From positions 1-11,693 of the forward strand of contig CAXXSM010000011.1 in the NCBI GenBank assembly GCA_963663405.2: a DNA stretch of 11,693 nt. Direction: 5' to 3'. The stretch comes from a bacterium (GTDB lineage Bacteria > Hinthialibacterota > Hinthialibacteria > Hinthialibacterales > Hinthialibacteraceae). The first letter of the stretch is position 1. The number at the start of each line of letters is the position of its first letter. The translations under genes were made by a program, and so were the position numbers. The notes under the pieces are model-generated. The model saw only the letters and a program-made list of their open reading frames with translations, had not been told where the DNA came from and made no database searches. This document shows, piece by piece, positions 7,367 to 11,693 of the stretch.

Positions 7367-8596
7367 TTATATCCCAGGCGCCTCATAGATTTGATTTAAC
7401 ACCAAACTGGCCGCGCCCAGGGGCCCGCCATCATCACCTAAAAACGAGATTTCCACATTCAGTTTTTCGAGAATCTCTGGCCGGAGTTCTTTCCGCAGAG
7501 TTTCTCTAAAAGGGCGCAGTAACAAATCACCGGCCCGTGTCAATCCCCCCATCAGAATCAGCGAAACAGGATTCAGAATCATAACAGCGTTCGCCGCGGC
7601 GGCGCCCAGCATCCGCGCCGCATCCGAAAAGAGGGTTTTGCAATCTTCATCACCTTGCGCTATACGATCCAGCACATCCCGCGCGCTGACGGCTCCGGAT
7701 TGTTTTCCCTTTTTCATTGTTGTAGAAGAGATTTTTCTTTTTCTAAGAAGATCTGAATACTTCTTGGCGATGGCGAAACCAGACGCCTCCGCTTCAAGGC
7801 ATCCTTGTTTTCCACAACGGCATACCATCCCTCCAGGATTGACTGTCGTATGTCCAATCTCGCCCGCGATTCCCATATGACCGTAATACAAACGGCCGTT
7901 TTGAACAATCGCGGCGCCAATTCCTAAGGACAAATCAAGTAAAAGAAAATCATTTAGTTCATCATGGACACGGGCAAACATCTCTCCCAAAGCGGCGCAG
8001 CGTGTGGATTCATCAAAAAAAACGGGGGAACCAAAGGCTTTTTCAAAGGGATAGCGGAGAGGCACATTTTCCCACTTTGAGAGATTGGCGGCCCATACGC
8101 CGATTCCCTCTTCCCGATTCACTGCGCCGGGAACGCAAACACCAACCCCTAACAGTTTCCTTCGATCAGCCTTCACTTGCTTATGGATCATTTCTCCTAT
8201 GGAAATCATCCGTTTAATCACAGTAGACGGCGCCATGCCGTAGTGGATCGCTGATTGTGATCGAGAGAGGATAGTTCCTGTGAAATCAACGGCAATCCCT
8301 GCGATATGGCTTGCGCCTAAATCAACGCCAATCGCAAATCCATACTGAGGATTCAGCTCAAGAATTTCGCTGGGGCGGCCTACGCCTCTCGACAATTTGC
8401 CAATAGCTTTAATCATTCCCAAACGCAATAAATCTTTAGTTACATTTGTGATGGTTTTGCCATCCAGCTGGGTTAGGCGCGTCAGTTCTTTGCGGGAAAG
8501 CCCATTTTGCCGCCGCAGCAGGTTGAGTACATGGGACCTGTTTAGCTGCTTGAGCAATGCATGATTCCCAATGAGCCGGTTGGTTGTGGATTGCAA
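7367..8596 (-). CDS. ROK family transcriptional repressor (NagC/XylR/Mlc-like)
   Basis: N-terminal winged HTH (NRSHVLNLL..GLSRKEL....L...TIT.....L...G) and GRP linker. ROK domain GVDLG, GVGVCVPG, GEIGH and the Zn motif CRCGKQGCLE. TTG start with AGGAG (8608..8604) 7 nt upstream. Confidence 0.95.
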   Translation of the reverse strand: MQSTTNRLIGNHALLKQLNRSHVLNLLRRQNGLSRKELTRLTQLDGKTITNVTKDLLRLGMIKAIGKLSRGVGRPSEILELNPQYGFAIGVDLGASHIAGIAVDFTGTILSRSQSAIHYGMAPSTVIKRMISIGEMIHKQVKADRRKLLGVGVCVPGAVNREEGIGVWAANLSKWENVPLRYPFEKAFGSPVFFDESTRCAALGEMFARVHDELNDFLLLDLSLGIGAAIVQNGRLYYGHMGIAGEIGHTTVNPGGMVCRCGKQGCLEAEASGFAIAKKYSDLLRKRKISSTTMKKGKQSGAVSARDVLDRIAQGDEDCKTLFSDAARMLGAAAANAVMILNPVSLILMGGLTRAGDLLLRPFRETLRKELRPEILEKLNVEISFLGDDGGPLGAASLVLNQIYEAPGI

Positions 8597-8698
8597 AGAA
8601 ATTCTCCTGACTTTCCATAAATACGATTTGATATAAATAGAAAATTTCTACTATTATCTACAATTCAGTCATTGGTTAAAATAAAAGTTTAAATGCTC

Positions 8699-8726
8699 TT
8701 GACTTTTTCCATGTCAGATTTATTAT
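8699..8726 (+). promoter_or_regulatory. Sigma70-type promoter for the oxidoreductase/aminotransferase operon
   Basis: TTGACT (8699-8704), 16-nt spacer, TATTAT (8721-8726). Confidence 0.6.
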
Positions 8727-8747
8727 TGGAAATCTTCTAATAATAAA
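8719..8747. promoter_or_regulatory. Palindromic operator, probable binding site of the adjacent ROK repressor
   Basis: TTTATTATTGGA-aatct-TCTAATAATAAA: 12-bp arms with 11/12 complementarity, AT-rich, located between the divergent regulator and target genes. Confidence 0.7.
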
Positions 8748-8768
8748 GGCGTCTCCGCCCAATGTCAA
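8740..8768 (-). promoter_or_regulatory. Sigma70-type promoter for the ROK regulator gene
   Basis: Minus-strand TTGACA (8768..8763), 17-nt spacer, TATTAT (8745..8740). Confidence 0.7.
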
Positions 8769-8811
8769 GTTAAAATCAATACTGACTAAACTGGAAGAAA
8801 GGGGAATTCCA

Positions 8812-10065
8812 ATGACACGTCCAACACAATCCCGCCGTACATTTATTCAACAATCCACTCTTACCGCCGCGCTGCCTCTTTTCACAGCGATTCCCAACTC
8901 CGCTAAAGGCGCGAACGACCGCATCGAAATTGGGATCATCGGCTGCGGCAGCCGGGGACGGAACGCTCTGATGAACGACATTCACACATTCAGCGAGGAT
9001 GAGAACATCGCCATTACAGCGGTCTGCGATGTGTGGAATCAGCATAGAGAAACGGCCGCGCAGATGACCGAAGAATGGTTTGGAAAACGAGCGCAGGAAT
9101 TCGTCGATTACAAAGAACTTCTAAATCTGCCCAATATCGACGCCGTAACGATCGCCACGCCCGATCATTTGCATGCGACGATTCTTTACACCGCGATCCA
9201 AGCGGGGAAAGACGCGTATTGTGAAAAACCACTCGCCCGGAATCTGGAAGAACTCTATCGGGTCGTGGACGCGGTAAAGGAATCCGACCGGATCGTGCAA
9301 CTGGGCACGCAGCTGCGTAGTTGGCCCTCCTTTACCGGCTGCCGCAAGGCCGTGCAGGATGGAACGCTTGGCGCCATCATCAAAGTTGCACAGACTCGTA
9401 ATTACTATGAACCTTACTGGTATGGTTTCAAACGGGAAATCAAAGAATCCGACACGCATTGGAAGCAATTCCTAGGCCAAGTCAAATACCGCCCCTTCGA
9501 CGCGGATCAGCATTCCGTCTGGTATGGCTACCGGGACTTTACCGATGGCTCGATCTCCAATTTGATGTGCCACTTTATCGATCTGGTTCACTATATCACC
9601 GGCGCGAGATTCCCTACATGCGCGGTGACACTATGCGGCAATTACGCTTGGAAAGATCAGCGAACCTGTCCTGATTCAGTTCATACGCTGTTGGAATATC
9701 CCGAAGGCTTCATGGTGAGTTACTCGACATCCTGCGGTAATGGGAATGGGAACTACACAAAATTCTGGGGTACCAAAGGCATGATCGACGCGACAACCTG
9801 GCGCGAACCTTTCATGACCGGTGAAGGAACCAAGGCGGAAGGCCGGATCGAGAAAAAACAACGCGTGCCCGATGTGGATATACCTCACCATATGCTCAAC
9901 TGGTTGCAATGCCTGCGAAACCGGAAACAACCCAACGCCGACATCAACGCCGGGCTCCAACATGCGATCGCCTGTCTGTTGGCCGATTCCGCCTATCTGA
10001 ATGAACGGAAGATGATCTTCGATCCCCAAACTCGATCGTTTAAGCCTTCAAAATCGAATAGTTAA
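8812..10065 (+). CDS. Gfo/Idh/MocA family NAD(P)-dependent oxidoreductase with Tat signal
   Basis: Tat motif SRRTFI, then AKG-ANDR. Rossmann IGIIGCGSRG, plus DAVTIATPDHLH, YCEKPL and CHFID. AAGGGG RBS 7 nt upstream. Confidence 0.95.
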   Translation: MTRPTQSRRTFIQQSTLTAALPLFTAIPNSAKGANDRIEIGIIGCGSRGRNALMNDIHTFSEDENIAITAVCDVWNQHRETAAQMTEEWFGKRAQEFVDYKELLNLPNIDAVTIATPDHLHATILYTAIQAGKDAYCEKPLARNLEELYRVVDAVKESDRIVQLGTQLRSWPSFTGCRKAVQDGTLGAIIKVAQTRNYYEPYWYGFKREIKESDTHWKQFLGQVKYRPFDADQHSVWYGYRDFTDGSISNLMCHFIDLVHYITGARFPTCAVTLCGNYAWKDQRTCPDSVHTLLEYPEGFMVSYSTSCGNGNGNYTKFWGTKGMIDATTWREPFMTGEGTKAEGRIEKKQRVPDVDIPHHMLNWLQCLRNRKQPNADINAGLQHAIACLLADSAYLNERKMIFDPQTRSFKPSKSNS

Positions 10066-10110
10066 ACCGATTTTGTTGGAAGATTAAAGACGAGAGCAGG
10101 AGTAGTGAAC

Positions 10111-11379
10111 ATGAATCAACTCGCGATAAACGGTGGAACAAAAACCGTCACAATGGAACTGGCTGCATGGCCTCAATTCAATGAACAAGCGGTCACGGCC
10201 GTGCAAGATGTGCTGCGATCGGGAAAAGTCAATTACTGGACTGGCTCCAAAGGGATGGAATTCGAAAAAAAATTTGCGGAATGGCAGGGCAGCCAATACG
10301 CCATCAGCGTCTCCTCCGGCACGGCGGCGCTGCACACAGCGTTGTCAGCGCTGGGAATCGGTCCAGGTGATGAAGTTATCGTCCCGAGTTATACCTTCAT
10401 CGCCAGCAGTTTTTCCATTGTCCAAGCGGGAGCCATTCCCCGGTTTGCCGACGTCAACCGGGAGGATCATTGCATCAATGTGGAATCCGCGGAACGGTTG
10501 GTGACGAAACGCACGAAAGCGATTATGCCCGTTCACCTGTATGGCAATGTATGTGATATGGACAAAATCAACGCGTTCGCCCGTCAACATAATTTATATG
10601 TCATTGAAGACAATGCAGAAGCGTTTGGCGGTCTGTACAAAGGCAAGAAAACAGGAACGTTGGGCCATATCGCCGCGTGCAGTTTCTGCCAGAACAAAAC
10701 GTTTACCACCGGCGGAGAAGGAGGCATGGTGACAACGGACGATGAAGAACTCGCCTGGAACGCGCGCAGTTTCCGCGATCATGGGTATGATGTCAAAGAG
10801 CGGTTAAATCTCCTTGAAATTGAACAGAAACTGCCTTATATCCACAACCAAATCGGTTGGAATTACCGCATGACGGAAATGCAATCGGCGATCGGCCTTG
10901 TCGAACTAGAGCGGATGGACAATTGGAATCTGCCTAGCCGTAAACGAAATGCCCATATCATTATTGATAAAATTAAAAACCTGCCACAAGTCATATACAC
11001 ACCGATTGACACTGTTGAACGTCAAAACGGTTGGTATGTTCTAGCCTTCTCACTGGATATTGACAATATGAAATGTGGCATCGAACAGTTTGTCAAAGCC
11101 GCAGGCGCGGAAGGCGCGCCCTGTTGGAAAGTATTCTGGCCCCAATGTCATACAGAACGAGCCTTCCGAGATCAGAATTCGTTTGGGAAAAGTGGATTCC
11201 CCTTCCGGTCCAAAGAATATACCGATCCGGCCAGCGTTGATTACAGCCGAGTGGACGTCACCAATGCCGTTTGGCACCAAAGCCATACTTTCACATGTTT
11301 CGCGTATCCAACGTTTTCACCGGAACTATGCGATCAGATCGGCGAAGCGTTGGCAAAAGTGATACAAGCATATTCGTAA
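10111..11379 (+). CDS. DegT/DnrJ/EryC1/StrS family PLP-dependent aminotransferase
   Basis: Motifs SSGTAALH, GPGDEVIVPSYTFIAS, PVHLYG, IEDNAEA, SFCQNKTFTTGGEGG (PLP lysine) and GWNYRM. Start moved from GTG 10105 to ATG 10111 because AGGAG (10098-10102) is 8 nt from the ATG but only 2 nt from the GTG. Confidence 0.95.
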   Translation: MNQLAINGGTKTVTMELAAWPQFNEQAVTAVQDVLRSGKVNYWTGSKGMEFEKKFAEWQGSQYAISVSSGTAALHTALSALGIGPGDEVIVPSYTFIASSFSIVQAGAIPRFADVNREDHCINVESAERLVTKRTKAIMPVHLYGNVCDMDKINAFARQHNLYVIEDNAEAFGGLYKGKKTGTLGHIAACSFCQNKTFTTGGEGGMVTTDDEELAWNARSFRDHGYDVKERLNLLEIEQKLPYIHNQIGWNYRMTEMQSAIGLVELERMDNWNLPSRKRNAHIIIDKIKNLPQVIYTPIDTVERQNGWYVLAFSLDIDNMKCGIEQFVKAAGAEGAPCWKVFWPQCHTERAFRDQNSFGKSGFPFRSKEYTDPASVDYSRVDVTNAVWHQSHTFTCFAYPTFSPELCDQIGEALAKVIQAYS

Positions 11380-11418
11380 TCAAAGCAACACAATCCACAC
11401 AAGAAAGGGTATCCAAAA

Positions 11419-11693
11419 ATGTTATCCAAAGGATTACCAATTTCAATCGTCCTAATCCTCTTATCATTTTCTATTTCCCCGGATCCAATTATCGCATCTT
11501 CTCATGATAGTTTAGATGTAGGCTATGCGGAATTGGATATCACTCCCGAACTGGGGATAGGCATGCCCGGTTATTTTCATGGCAGGAAAGCGGACGGCGT
11601 TCTCGATCCACTCTTAATTAAGGCTCTCGTTCTTACACAAAAGGATACGACACTCGTTATTCTCGCCGTCGATTTAATTGGTATCAAACGATC
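11419..11693 (+). CDS. Neutral/alkaline non-lysosomal ceramidase N-terminal domain-like hydrolase, 5' part only (not in the ORF track)
   Basis: Hand translation: MLSKGLPISIVLILLSFSISPDPIIASSHDSLDVGYAELDITPELGIGMPGYFHGRKADGVLDPLLIKALVLTQKDTTLVILAVDLIGIKR. Hydrophobic signal peptide, then the family pattern G....DITP.....M.GY...R...GV.DPL...ALVL. AAGGGT RBS 8 nt upstream. Confidence 0.8.
   Translation, partial: MLSKGLPISIVLILLSFSISPDPIIASSHDSLDVGYAELDITPELGIGMPGYFHGRKADGVLDPLLIKALVLTQKDTTLVILAVDLIGIKR

Noticed and set aside
10105-10110. GTG start of the aminotransferase given by the ORF track
   Set aside because: It is only 2 nt from the AGGAG site, whereas ATG 10111 has normal spacing.
307-11507. 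Numerous short (60-123 aa) ORFs in the track
   Set aside because: They lie largely antisense to, or in alternate frames of, well-supported genes and show no recognisable motifs.

Overview
Bacterial chromosomal window with two divergent blocks. On the minus strand, a ROK-family (NagC/XylR-like) repressor is followed by three tandem paralogous sulfatase-like (alkaline phosphatase superfamily) genes. Each has a twin-arginine signal ending in Cys, a conserved Thr-type catalytic domain (WTLPTM instead of C/S-x-P-x-R), and a divergent ~390-aa insertion that appears built from degenerate ~100-aa repeats. The two complete copies end in a conserved LRALGYIN tail. The leftmost copy is broken by a 1-nt frameshift near 97-128, and its homology continues in another frame off the window edge. 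On the plus strand is an operon of a Tat-exported Gfo/Idh/MocA oxidoreductase, a DegT/DnrJ/EryC1/StrS aminotransferase and the start of a ceramidase-like hydrolase missed by the ORF track. Between the blocks lies a symmetric control element: two face-to-face sigma70-like promoters whose -10 boxes lie in the arms of one palindromic operator. No RNA genes, mobile elements or CRISPR arrays were seen. All alignments and counts were done by eye.
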